Below, piece after piece: positions 1-12,023 of a stretch of 64,000 bases of DNA. The notes beneath the pieces are model-generated. The model saw nothing but the letters and a program-made list of their open reading frames with translations. It had not been told where the DNA came from and searched no databases. The position numbers were made by a program, and so were the translations under genes. Numbering within the stretch: position 1 is the first letter of the stretch; every line of letters begins with the position of its first letter. Source of the stretch: Rhodosorus marinus CCMP1338 (Eukaryota > Plantae > Rhodophyta); assembly GCA_029953675.1 (NCBI GenBank), contig JAMWBK010000004.1, forward strand, positions 2,046,001 to 2,110,000, read 5' to 3'.

Positions 1-3000
1 AACGGTCTGCTCCCTACATCTCCTCTGACATGAGCAGGGCTCAACGATTGATCAGCGGCCTCCGCGAGCATCTGCATGTTGTGTATCACACCTACTCCTA
101 CAATAAAACGCTCTACCAGCCCACCCCACCAACACCGCGTATATAAACGCGCTAGCTCCCCTTAATCTAATTACACACTACGCACGGTACGCGGCACTTA
201 CTCCCTACCGCAACCCCGCCAATGCTGAAAACAAAAAATTGTACCACTTAATAAACATCAATTTGGCCTAGCTCAATTGATGTCCACTTTCAATTTGACG
301 TTAAGAAAAACTAACAGAAGCGGAGAGGGGATAGGGAGGCCATGGTAACCCAAACCAGTCTTGTTTACGAGTTGAATGCCACTGCAAAGTGACCACTTTG
401 ATGAGAATGAAGGCCGCCCCGGGGGGGAGGGGGAGAGGGGGGGTTGGTGTTCATGAACGTATGTGCGGGAAAGGAACGAACTGGAGTTGCTAGAAGGGGG
501 CAAGAGGCATGCCATGGGAACGGCTGGCGAAGGGGGGTTGGTTTTTTTCGGGGCTAAGCGAGTTTCTAGGTTCTCATCCACGTTAACGCGTTCTATCAAA
601 TCTCTCCCACCAGAATTCTGGAAGACTACAATTGTGAGAAGAGAAAAAAAGAAGAATCTTGAACGGATGATAGGCAGTCAGTCGAGTCTAAATTATTGGA
701 AATGATTCGTTTTCGGAAAATCTCGTACTCTTTTTACGGAATTCATGCTCTGAAGCACAACAAAAAGAGCGGGAGGAGGGGAAAGTTTTCTAATTGCAAA
801 ATTTTTACAAAGGGCGTCTTGGGTGATCAAGTTAAGGTGTTGACTCGCATACGTGGAGAGGGGTGGATAGGAGGACGATTTACATGGAGTATGGGTGCAT
901 TTTGATTGCTTTTTCGAAATAGAAAAACTCGCGCGTTAGGGGTTGTTGGATTGGATGTACGTGGAGAGCCGTCGGAGCCAAAAGAATGGAAAGAGGGGAG
1001 CAAAAATAGCGAGAAAAGAAAAAGGTTTTGAAGGTTTATTCCTCACTGAAATTGAGTAAGTATTGAATTTTTTTTTGTGGATGCTACCAGTGCGCAGGGG
1101 TGTGTAGCCCGAAAGGAGCAAAAAAAACACCACCGTTTGTTAATGAATCAAGGGGAAAATTGTTAAGTGCTGTATTCACATCCACAAGTTTTCATGAAAA
1201 ATACTTGAGGTATCTGGAAACCCAGAAAAGAGAAACACTTACAGAATTCCGTATACTGATTGCTTCATCTTTTTTAAGGGGACGGGCGCTGGTTTTTGTA
1301 GGACGGATGGGAAAAAGTTTCCTCTGAATGAAAGAACGAAATGGAGCTGTCTTTTGTCTCTTTTTAGTGGGAGGGCTGGTCGAATTGGTGATCCCAAGGC
1401 TATATCTGCGAAAATGGATTAGGACAAAAACAAAAATGTCGATGTAATATAATAGTTAATTTTTAAAATAACTTTGAAGTTGGGTAGTTGTCCGTTTTCT
1501 CTGCGCATCTAAATTCCACCTCTTACCCCTTCAAACTTTAAAATTATTCATGTCGCTATAGCTAATATAGAAGAAAAACAGAGGAATTCGGGACATTGGT
1601 GTCCATCTCAGAGCCCCAAACTCGTAGCATCAAGTAGTTGAGCTTTCGGGCATTGAGAATTCACCTATTCCCGAATAAAAATATGTCGAATAGGTACTTC
1701 CAATACAGTATCGACCGCGCTTTCTTTTGTCGCATTCGTTTTCTGTTGGGGTTCGTTTTTTAAAAGAAAACAAACTCATTCCCTGTCGCCTCGCCACAGC
1801 AAACTTTTAGCCAGTCCTTTCAGCAAAAGACAAAGGTAGTGGAACAACTTTTTGTAAAAGTTTCTCTACTGTTCAGCTGAGCGGGGGCTATGGGCCGATT
1901 CCAAAAAAAAATCTACCGTAATACTAGAAAATATCCCGCGCGAATCCGGTGTCCGCCGGGGGGACCCGGGGGGAAAAAGATTGTGTTCAGATTTGAAAAA
2001 GACATCTTGCTGAGTGCTGCTGGCTCCGTTTTTAGGACCTTGTAAGGCTAAGTAGGGTTCTTGTTGCGAAAATCGACAACAGACAACAAAGAGACAAAAA
2101 ACTGCAGATGCCGACACACCCCCTCATATCCGCCTTCAAAATCGGACTGAATTCCTAACTTTCAGCATGTTGGGATTCAGTCTGGCAGAAACCAGCTTTG
2201 ACTTCCTGAACAGTGAGACAGGCTTTCCACCTAATAAGACTGAAACGCGAAAAACCTGGGACGTTTTAGGACTGAGGAAGCCTTTGACAGCCGGGTAATT
2301 GTCAGTGCTCAAGCTCCGTGCTTTTTTTACGATGGAACACCTTCTCCAGCAAAAAACTACAAGGAAAAGGAAGCAGGGTCACGGCTGCGGTAGCAGGAAA
2401 GAGTGCGTCGGAAAAAGGACCCCGAATTGACAGGAATATCTGAGAAAATACTTGGCCAGGGCCAGAGCTTTCGGTGACACAGTTCTAGCACGTTTTCCCC
2501 TTAATTTGACGGAGGTCTGTCGTAATTCACAGTCTTGATCCCCTCTGTCAAAAGATAAGTAGGCGACGAAATTTGTTCCTCCAGCCATTGTTGCTTCTCC
2601 TTTTCACGGATGGTCACATTTTCCAATTCAAATTCGAGTACAAAAAAGGACACTCACCTAGTCGCCAAGGAGTGCGCGGATTCGACTTGGCACAAGATTA
2701 ACAAAAACACCAGGTCTCCCCCGGCGATCATGTAGTAGTACATATTGACTGATTGAGTGGGTGGTCGGCTTGAAATCGAGCTGGAAGCAATGGTAAGAAA
2801 AACGATTTGGCAAAACTTTTTATTATTAGCTTATCCGAAGAACGATGCTCTCAAAAAAAAAAAAAAAGCCTCTTTCAGACGCTAGCTACAATCAGCCTTC
2901 GCGCATCGCTTTCTGCCGCTCGTGGGTGAAGTCTCTCGGGCTAGAGAAAGTGCTGGAGTTCTCTGGATGCGTGAGTGCTTCGAGGATCAAATTGAGCGTT

Positions 3001-6000
3001 GGTCGCACTTCCAACTTCCTCTTAGTTTAGCCTTCTGGCGGAGCACCTGCACTTGAGGCTCGTTCCTTGCTTTGAGTGTAGCCGCCTCTTCTCGGACTTG
3101 ATAGCCCTCGAATAGAGGGGAACGGAACACTTGCAGCTAGAGTTTAATTTTGGACACAAAGCAAACCGTCGTAGAGCTTTTTGTCTGTTTTTGCACTTAC
3201 GCCCATGAAATTGTCCCCGGAATGTTGTTCCTTTGCGGAAAAGGGGTGGGGCACTGACGCGCTCAGGTAGTGGCTCTTTTTTTTGGCCACCGGCACTCCT
3301 CTGAATCGATTGCTTGATGGATTTTCTTTAGCACTGGTTCTGTCAGCTGGGGATTGATTTGTATCCCTGGCTACACCTTGGCAGTAGAATACGTCGGCCC
3401 TTATCGACTGCACTTCGTCTTAGGGTCCCATCTGTTGAGCCTTTGCCATCGTAAGAGCTTTAGCGGTAGGTGGTCATTGGTCGACGGAAATTCTTTTGGA
3501 TCTTCCCCTTGTAGGGAATCCCGTATGACCAGCACTGGCTGAGCCTGTCGCTGGAATTCAACTGTAGTGCTCCTTGGCTTCACCTTGATGAAGCCAAAGC
3601 AAGAGCGCGCAGCTGATTCGTCTTGTCGAGCGCAGATTTTGGATCTCGGCTCGCAATTGGCATCCAAAAAGGTTAGGCGAAAATACGATTGTGATGTCGT
3701 CTGATCGTCTGATCTAGGACATAATTCGTACTTGGACGGTAAGCCACAACCCTTTTGCGGGGGTTGTAACCGTCTGATGATTGTCCCTTGATATTGGCCA
3801 ACACCATTTCCCCGCTTCCATCTTCATGGAACCACGTGGACAAAGCAATCTAGTCTCACCGGTTAATCTGTTCTGTGAGCCAGGCGGGAAACATCTTAAG
3901 TCCGCCCGGCGTTCGATCAAGTGCGAAATACCGATTGTCACCAAGCAATAATTCCCAATCAGGATACCCTCTTGACAGAATTGACAGCGTATGCATCTCT
4001 GAACCGGAGCGGACTTGTAAACCTGGAGCCGCATTTCAATATGGATTGTCCCGATGACCATCTTGAAGGTAGCAAACCCGATCTCGGTACAATAGCTGAG
4101 GGCGATCTCAATCAAAAAAAAGCACTTCTTAGCACATGGGGTATGAAAAGATCAACAGCCACGACCATCTCTCCACAAATATCTAGGCTCCAACCACACC
4201 AAACCATACCCTTTTCGCGTCCTGGTCTGAGATCCCGATTGTCCCATACTAGGTTCCAAAAGAAAAATCACGACATGCTCTCCCGCTACCGCTGGGAGGG
4301 AGCCGAAACCAAACAAACTATTCCCACATTTGATTTTTTTGGTCTGTCCCATTTCATGATTGCACCTTCTCCCTTACTCGAAACCTATTAATCTGACGTA
4401 AAACCTCTCGTCAATCAGATGTAAAACCTCAAAAATAGATAATTAAAAGGGGAGGGTCTTGTGCTCAATTATTCTAATATTTTGCAGAGCGCGAAAATCG
4501 AGTTGTTCTTCTTCGAGGGGAGAAAGAAATCCAACAATTGGTTCAGAAACCCTTCCAATAGAGCTCTAATAGAATTTTAGAAGGTTCTCATCCGTCCACC
4601 ACTACAGCGGCCAAAACATTAAAAAATTTCAACCCGAGAATGGGCTGTATTTGATTTCCGCTCCAAATTAGATATTCTCATGAAATATAATTTATGGAGT
4701 GATTTGATTAATCGTTCTCAGCCACCTCATTCAATGCAAGTTGTCAGTCCCATTGGATTGGGTGATAAAGGCTTTAATTTGTTTTTCGTTCTCGTTTCAC
4801 TGTTTCTTCTTCGTTTGTTTGTCCACATCCACGAAAAAAAAATCCGTCGCAGATGTTTTTGGGAGGCATGTCAGTGACTTCACCGTCGGCTGATCCCCGT
4901 AGGTTTTCCTGTGCTCCTGGGTGGATGAAAATTTTACAAACTCGTCGGTTGAGAGCGCATCCTGCTCAGAATATCGCTCGTATTCAGCGCGCCCGGATCT
5001 CAGTTGTTACAGGATGATTCGTGTTAAGAGTTGGATCGCGTGTGTGGAGTTTTCGGTTGGAAACCACTCGCAGTGGACGAAAGAGGCTCAATCACAATCG
5101 CTAGCCGATCAAGACTGGAGCTCCGAGCTCTAGAGGATGACAGGTATTGTACAGCGCGCACCCACTATGCCTGCTTCGGCTTAGCGAGGGGCGGTACTAG
5201 TGATCGAGTTTGGGTTCACGATAATGCTGGGGTTAGGCGTATGTCTCGCGACGCGGGAACATCGGAGCTTTACCCCCCCCCCCCTATTGGACCCCAGTGA
5301 ACTCCAATAACGAAACAGCTTTCGCCTTTTTGAGGACGAGAAAACCATCCGCATCGAAATAGAATCTCTTTGAAAAACAACCCCACTCCGAACAACCTTT
5401 TGTCTGTCATCGAGGATCACAAGGCATGATGAAGATAGCCTCTAGTAAAACGACAACCCAGGGCAGTCTAGTCCTTATCCTTTCACCTGGCAGAAAAACA
5501 AAGAACAGAAGACAAAACTCAAGTATGAATTAAATTTCCTACTTTTCCACGAAATTGATAAACTAAGTCTCGTGCGAAAACTTTTGTTTGGGGCTTTTGA
5601 GAAGACGCTTTAATTCATCAAACGAGAAAACGTGGAAAACATGTAAATCCGATTATTTTTAAACCGATTCTCTAAATAGACTCTTCCCAGGTTGCCCGTC
5701 GAGGGTTCTGTCCCTTACGTCCTGTCCCATTAAAAACCTTCCGGTTCAACCTATTCTGCCACTAAGAAGCAACTATTTCCTTTTCTATCCAATCGATTTC
5801 CTTTTTGTGAAAGAATATCCAATCATCTTCAGGGAAGCGATTTCTTACTGAATTCCTCAACCAATTTAATCCTTACAAGTTGGAAAACCAGCACTCCCCC
5901 ACTCCCCCCCCCCCGCCTTTCCTCTTCTTCTGCATTGTCTTTTTTCTTTTCATAAATGAAACAACGGCAATCGCACAAGAAAAATCCAGACCACTTAACC

Positions 6001-6775
6001 CAATCAAAACAAATCAAATAATTTAATATATATGTTGTATATGAAATTTATTATGCTCAAAAAAATTTGATGTCCAATAAAAGTCACCCCTCATGAGCAC
6101 CTTAGCTTTTAGTTCTTTGACAAGTAATTCAATGTATTTAGAGGCTTGGTGTTATGCTTCCTAAATATTGAAATACTTAAATTTGGTGAATTGAAAAGCA
6201 AAGGGGGGGTTGGGGCGGTCATCCTTTCGTCCGACTACTAAATGCTTTTAGTACTATATTAGTACAATCTTGTGGAAACTTCGAAGAAAATTTGGTGTGT
6301 TTGTTATGACAAACACTTTCAGTAGCTGTACAATTGGAACTTCAACGCGGGGCTCACTTCATCGATCACTCTCTGTGAAAGACAAACTCCTCGTGTTTGG
6401 AAAAGAAAAAGACGGTTTTACTTTTGTCTGGGGAGAGCCGATGCGTTCAGCACGTGGGAAAGGGCGTATTGGGAAAAAACCTTATATATTGGGGACGAAA
6501 TGATAGAGCGTTTTCCATGAAATGGAATTTTTTTATTGTTTTTCTTTGCTGAGATCGGATCCGTGTGCTTCGATCCCAATCTGGACATACACAGGGAAGG
6601 AAGCTGCTGTTCTTGCTTGAGTTTTTGTAGAACCCGTAAGAAGAAAACAGAAACGACAAAAAAGGAAAACTCTGAACATCACACAGACCCTGTTCTTGTG
6701 TTTTTGTAGTTTACGTGCTTTCATCAATGGGGAGGGAAAAAAAAAAGTTGATCAAGTTTTCTGCCGAGTTTCTGT

Positions 6776-7408
6776 GTGCGATCTATATATAATGCGTTTT
6801 TTCCAGAGTCTCAGGAAAAAGAGCCTTATGAACTGTACTCACTGTTGGGCCGGAGTGGACTGAATGCCCTTTTAAGTTCGGTCTTATTGGCGGATCACTG
6901 GTATGTGAGTTTCCACAAGTATTCCGTGCAAATACTTTTTTTTCGCTATCCATTTTGGTCTCTGCCAACGGATGGCTTTGAAAAGCAATGTCCGGATGCC
7001 CACCTCTGTCGGATCCCTCTTTTTTTAGCTTCGAGTAGGGACTGGAAATTGTTGTATCGAGTAGTTTTTGTCGCTGTTCTCAAGTATCTTCCCACCCCCC
7101 CCCACCCCCCGTTCTCCCTACATGGCCTCGAACGTCCTTCCTACAGGTTTGGCAGCCTTGACTCCTCTTTGTTGGCGTTCCTGAAAGGGCTACCCGAGAT
7201 CGTCAAGCCCACTACCAGGTACCCCCCTTGGACGTTGTCCGTTACACATCTGTACCTCTTTTGCGGAGAAATCTACTTGTTCAAGCCTCATACCTGCAAC
7301 AGTACGGGTAGAGAGCGCAGGCGGATTTTCGACTTCAGCTGCGTCAGGGGGATTACACATTCCTGTCACTCTGATTGGCAGGGACCTATAAACAATGGTC
7401 CGGTGTGA
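6776..7408 (+). pseudogene. TBC (Rab-GAP) domain C-terminal half; fragment or degenerate gene
   Basis: Translation contains PYELYSLLGRSGLNALL..HW, F-EKQCP..LCRI..FL..DWKLLYRV..AVLK and LLAFLKGLP, which match the C-terminal TBC helices (consensus WFLTLF..LP..LRIWD.F..GWK.LFRVALALLK). Intron-like inserts are in frame. I found no IxxDxxR or YxQ motif upstream on this strand. Confidence 0.4.
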
Positions 7409-7581
7409 CTTAGCAATGTCATAGCCGCAATCGGAGCTGTAACCAGTTTGCTCTATATTGGATGGCACTATAGTGTCGAGAATTTCTCAACAAATCTCCT
7501 TGCGAAGCAATACTGGACCCGGATAAGAATGTCGACTCTCTGCAAACCCTAATGCTCACAGTGGTCGGTTACCGATTTTCA

Positions 7582-7607
7582 TACTAGATCGCCTTACTAG
7601 ATCGCCT
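7582..7607. repeat. 13-bp perfect tandem duplication (tactagatcgcct x2)
   Basis: Read directly at 7582-7594 and 7595-7607. Confidence 0.9.
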
Positions 7608-7629
7608 TGACAGAGAGAGAACATGTCAT

Positions 7630-8300
7630 GTATTCAACCCTCCACGTCGAGAATGGGCTGGAGCGTTCTACGATGTGAGCGATGGCGACGGAACAAACTT
7701 ATTCCGGACGTCTTGACCAGGGCAGCTGCAATTCCAGGCAGGCAAAACGCCGAAAAATACTGCCATCGAATGAAGAATCCGTATTACCGTCTAAATGGAG
7801 CAATTCTCCGAAAACCCGCGCCGGACGCAGGTGAGGTGGCCGCTAGACCTAGAATTCTACTTTAGTCTGCGCCTCCACTGGCGAGCTCTCAACTAAAGCG
7901 TTCACGGCTAGATGGTGATCGACTTAGTGTTGCGCTGCATTAGGCAGCTCCCCAGAAAGGGTTATGGTTGCTTCGTAGACGTCTACAATTCCCGTCAAGG
8001 CTCCGCCGCATCCCCGCAACTCAAGCGGGGACCACTTGTGGTGTGGTCAACTCGGTCAGGTTTCCGTGATCTCACTTGCAAAGGCGACCTCAGCTAAGCA
8101 CATTCACATCGGATACAACTCTAGGAGGTTGGGCCGTTCTGTATACTTTGTTGTGGCATTGCATTTCATAAAAGGGAATTTTCGGGGGCTTTTCGATCGC
8201 TACGCAGTGGGGAACGTTCTTACTAGCTGTCGACTGAAGCTGACCGGAAAGCAGCCCACGCACTCACTACGACCAAACCGCAGTCCATCAAATGGATGCC
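7630..8300 (+). mobile_element. Highly decayed piggyBac-like (DDE) transposase relic
   Basis: One frame with several stops reads QFQAGKTPKN..LDLEFY..VIDLVLRCIRQLPRKGYGCFVDVYNS, then after a frameshift GDHLWCGQL. This resembles the piggyBac order KQY.P.KP.K.G..VV.RL...G+.++.DN+F+S..L...G...CGT. No terminal inverted repeats identified. Confidence 0.35.
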
Positions 8301-8376
8301 CGCAGAGTGCCGCTAGGTGTCACCTAGATATACACTGTATGTTCACCGCCGGCCAACCAAGTCACAGAGGTTCATC

Positions 8377-10001
8377 CTAACTGGCTGTCAGATTGATAAG
8401 CTTTCCAGTTTCGAGCGAAAGGTCAGAGATCGTAACCCTTCCTTTCTTGTTGATATATTCAGCCACTGCTGCCATCTAGAGATTCCATGGTCGGGGGAAA
8501 TTGCTTCAGCTAGAGAGCAAGTAGTTCAAGGGTCAAAGACAGCAAGCGTACCTCTTCTTCCTCGATGCAGATAAATTTTCCGCGATCGTCGAAAACACCT
8601 GTGATTGTGCCCTCACTCTCCAACCCCTTTTCGAGGAAACGCAGGCGAAAAGCAGTAGAAAAGTCTTAGCAGAGCGCAGTTCAAGAGCACGAGACACCTC
8701 CAGCGGTGGTGGGCACGTACATTCACTCGATTGATGACGTCCTCAGTTCTGAGCTTGAAGTGGGCCGCCAGTTCTTCGAGTACGATGACCTTGTGGCTTC
8801 GAATGTATTCAACAAACTCTTTGAGAAGATTTTGGGGCTCCCTATGGACATCGTCCGCACCGCTCTAGCAAAGGATTGCAAGTGGAAGAAAACAAACCCA
8901 TCAGAAAATGGCAAGACGGGGCAAAGCTGTCCGAGCAAGCCAAAGTACTAGACTGACAAGCGTATCCGGACACAGGGTCACTCACCCCTACGCTGTCGAC
9001 AGTGAATGAATCCTTCCATTTCTCAAACTCCAAGCGTTCCTTTTCCTCTTTTTCAGCTTGTATTCGCATAGCCTCTTCTTCCTGGTCATTAGCGAGCAAA
9101 AACAAAACTCAGATCACAGAGTGGGAGCGCGGAAGCCAAGACAAGAGGACCGACTTGTGGGCTATCAAGCAAAAAAGATCACTAGGAATGTACGAATTCA
9201 GGAACTATCGGGATTGGATTCGAACAATCCTAGTAGTCGCTGTCTTCTAGCCTCATTAAGAAGCCCGTCAGGGCAAGAAAAACTTGCCAAGACGCTACGC
9301 TTTAGCAGCCATAACTTTAGAAGCACGAAACCTGAGTTGGTCGATCCCAGGAAGGATCTTTCCGAGTCCTAATAGGTGGGTGCGTCTTGATGAAGAAGAG
9401 TAAACAGTCCTCCTTCCCTAGCGTCCGCTCCGTCGAACTGTGTTGGAGCTAGACACTTGCGTTGAGGTGAGCAAGTTAGCCTTACCCTCTCCCTCTCCAG
9501 TTCTTCACGCTCCTCATCACGCAATCTTCGCTCTTCATCCATCTCTTTCCGTCTTTCATTCTGGCGTTCTACTTCAGCAGCAAGAGCAGCAGCTCGTTGA
9601 CGCTTCGCTTCCTTGTTGGCTTCCTTTTTCTTCCTCCCCTTGCCGAAAACCAGCGGATCTGCATCGCCCTCTTCGGGTTCAACATCATCGCCCGGGCCCG
9701 CATCCTCACCAGTTGGACCAGTATCACCACCTTGACCTCCATCAACAACCTGGGCTTCTTCTTGCAACGCTCTTCCCGCTCGACGACTCCTTAGAGTACT
9801 CTGCCGAACTCTTCCCGACCCCCTCACCCTACTCCGTCCAGCTCGGCTCTCCTTCTTCGCCTCCTCCACCAACTCCTCAATCTCCTTATCAGCCTCCTCC
9901 TCTCCCCGTCTCTGACTTCTAATCAGCAGTCCAATAATAACAACCATACACAATCCTACAAACACTGCTGGAAGCAGCATAGACAAAGTATCTTGATCCA
10001 T
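8377..10001 (-). CDS. DDRGK1: DDRGK domain protein 1 (UFBP1), UFM1 E3 ligase adaptor; multi-exon
   Basis: N-terminal transmembrane helix, E/R-rich coiled coil, then spliced exons EFEKWKDSFTVD, LLKEFVEYIRSHKVIVLEELAAHFKLRTEDVINRV, GTITGVFDDRGKFICI and MAAVAEYINKKGRVTISDLS. The DDRGK signature is present. Confidence 0.95.
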
Positions 10002-10247
10002 CTCTCACGAAAACACTTCCTCTTCACATCAATTCCTGCTTGACAAGCTTTCCTAACAAACCCTCGAAACAAGACCAACAGCTTTCTTATACATTTCGCG
10101 CTCTCAAGCAACGCAACATTTCCCAATCGTATCCCTCACTATCTTCAGGACGACTGCATCCTTTCCGGAAACGAAACCCCCGTGTGTCTGTCCGTTCCTC
10201 ACCACCTCCGAGCAGAAAACCAAAAGAAATATCAACGTATCCACACG

Positions 10248-11231
10248 TTATGATAACCCTTCCCACGTCTTGCTTGCCTGTCCAAGATCGTCCACCTTAT
10301 CGAAAGTGATTACCAAACTACTCCAGAAGATAAGTACGTCTCTCACCAAACACCTCTCCACCAGTCCCTCCCGAAGAGTCGGGTGTAGGGCTTCCTTCTT
10401 TGAAGAGGACATATGTAAACCTGCCCGCCGTCGTTGACAAGCCAAAAGCTTTTGTGACTGAATGAGCGAGTAATGGAATTGGTACAAAAAGCTATCCTCT
10501 CTCAAGAATGAGAGCGCTCCGGTGGTGATAGATTTTACCCGTCGAAGGAGGAAGCTGCCTTTGTGCAAGGAGGAGCACGTATTGCTCATGCCACCAGACG
10601 GGCTTTTTAGTTTTTCGCCACAGTTCAGAAATGCGACGAAAGCTTGACCTGCTTTCACAGCTAAGAAGTGTATCTCGTTGCTGTCGAATGTTGAAACCAA
10701 ACCCTCCGGGAGCAGAAAGACTGAATGAGCGGCATGGGATTGGGAACGGTGTTAAGATTGAGATCAGTTATGATCGTAGAAATGTGACGAAGGATGCCCT
10801 ACTCCCTCACTGGAAATGAATCTTCCGTAGCCGCTGAACGCTGGAACCACAGCTTCCTAGAGAAGAAAGACCTTTGACTGAATGAACTGGACGCCATCTC
10901 TCGAGAAATGGATCTGAAATGATCAGCGGAGCTTCATGAAACTACTTCTACATGAAAGGACGCGGACTGTGATGACATCATCGCTCTCGAAAGATGGATC
11001 CCAACCGTCTTGCATAGGCAAGACATTTGACCAAATGAGCAGAACGGGAATGGTTGCGCAGCGCTTAAGGTGAGGGATGATGTCCATCTCGACGAACATT
11101 TTCTCCGAACCCGTTCTTGCTTTCTTCGCTTCACCTTGCTGCCTTAGTGAGAGGTCCAGTGAAGAGTTTTCAAAGGGGAAGAAGCAGGAAACTCCTGATT
11201 CAAGTTGAAGTATCAGAAACCCATTGTGCAT
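10248..11231 (-). CDS. Hypothetical protein, probably multi-exon
   Basis: Two protein-like ORFs (102 and 150 aa) on the same strand with GT/AG signals between them. No family recognised and the exon structure is unresolved. Confidence 0.3.
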
Positions 11232-11308
11232 TATTAAAAATAAGTTACGATACAGAGACTAGGTACTTAAATATAATCATCAAGCATTCGGAGCTCCAGT
11301 TTCGGGGC

Positions 11309-12023
11309 TCAGTTAGTTGAAGCTTCTGGGGAAGACCGAGATCCTCGATCTGAGCTATGCGAGAAAACGTCTGTTTCATGTGGCACGTACTCAGGAGAAT
11401 GGGGTACAAACATATGTTCGCGGCCTCGTACGAAGACGGCATCTTTTTTGGCCAAGTAGTATGGCCAAAACCCCAGCAGAGACCCAAAAAGCATTAGGCC
11501 ACTGATACTGAGAAAGAATTGCTTCTTCGACAACCCGTACTCCCCGTGCCACGGTCCTCGCATTGCTGGATGACGGTGACGCTGTTGATACACTGTCGCC
11601 GGTCTCCTATGTACATAGCTCGACTTGACTCCTGAGTTTTTCTCATCTGTCAGTTCAGGAAAGCAGAGAGACGAATCCTGGCATTTAGTAGGCAAGAGAG
11701 TGATAGCCCAAATTCTCTAACAGCTTAGTACGCACCGAGCACGATCTTGTAGGACGAGCTTATCTCCTGAAACATGGCCTCTGCACGTGGTTTGTTCCTC
11801 TCCGCATGACAATCTGGGTGCCACTGCTTCGCCAAGGTACGAAATCTCGCCTACCGCAAAATGACAAGACACAAATGATAAAACGATTCAGTTCAAAAGT
11901 CGCTCTTCAACCCTCGAGCGCCTTTCATTCAAAAACCACCTTAATTTCAGCCACTGAAGCGTTTGGAGAAACCCCCAGAACGTCATAGTGACATCTAGCA
12001 CATAGCTGCAAGCAGCTTCTCAT
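11309..12023 (-). CDS. J-domain (DnaJ/Hsp40) protein with C-terminal membrane anchor
   Basis: Spliced exons MRSCLQLCARCHYDVLGVSPNASVAEIK | ARFRTLAKQWHPDCHAERNKPRAEAMFQEISSSYKIVL carry the HPD motif. A third exon has a hydrophobic helix (FFLSISGLMLFGSLLGFWPYYL). The J-domain exons are too short for the ORF track. Confidence 0.85.

Noticed and set aside
1-77. Possible first exon of a minus-strand gene (MQMLAEAADQ...) running off the window
   Set aside because: Only about 25 codons are visible and no motif is present.
273-1330. Short ORFs on both strands
   Set aside because: They are by-products of G/T versus C/A skewed low-complexity sequence and have no domain signal.
3144-3667. IRADVFYCQG looked like TBC IxxD/YxQG motifs, and a spliced S/R-rich frame exists nearby
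   Set aside because: It is on the opposite strand to the TBC fragment, the motif spacing is wrong, and the alternative frame contains a stop.
3714-4115. VQRCIRCQF resembles a LINE ORF1 zinc knuckle
   Set aside because: The His and last Cys of the knuckle are missing and no endonuclease or RT follows.
5300-5390. RFYFDADGFLVLK resembles the start of a PhyH dioxygenase
   Set aside because: A stop follows and no downstream exon with HxD/H motifs was found.
9440-9922. 160-aa Pro/Ser/His-rich ORF on the + strand
   Set aside because: It is the antisense shadow of the DDRGK1 coiled-coil exon. The same applies to the long antisense ORFs over DBP6, argB, the Clp-like ORF, SWR1 and the AAE3-like gene.
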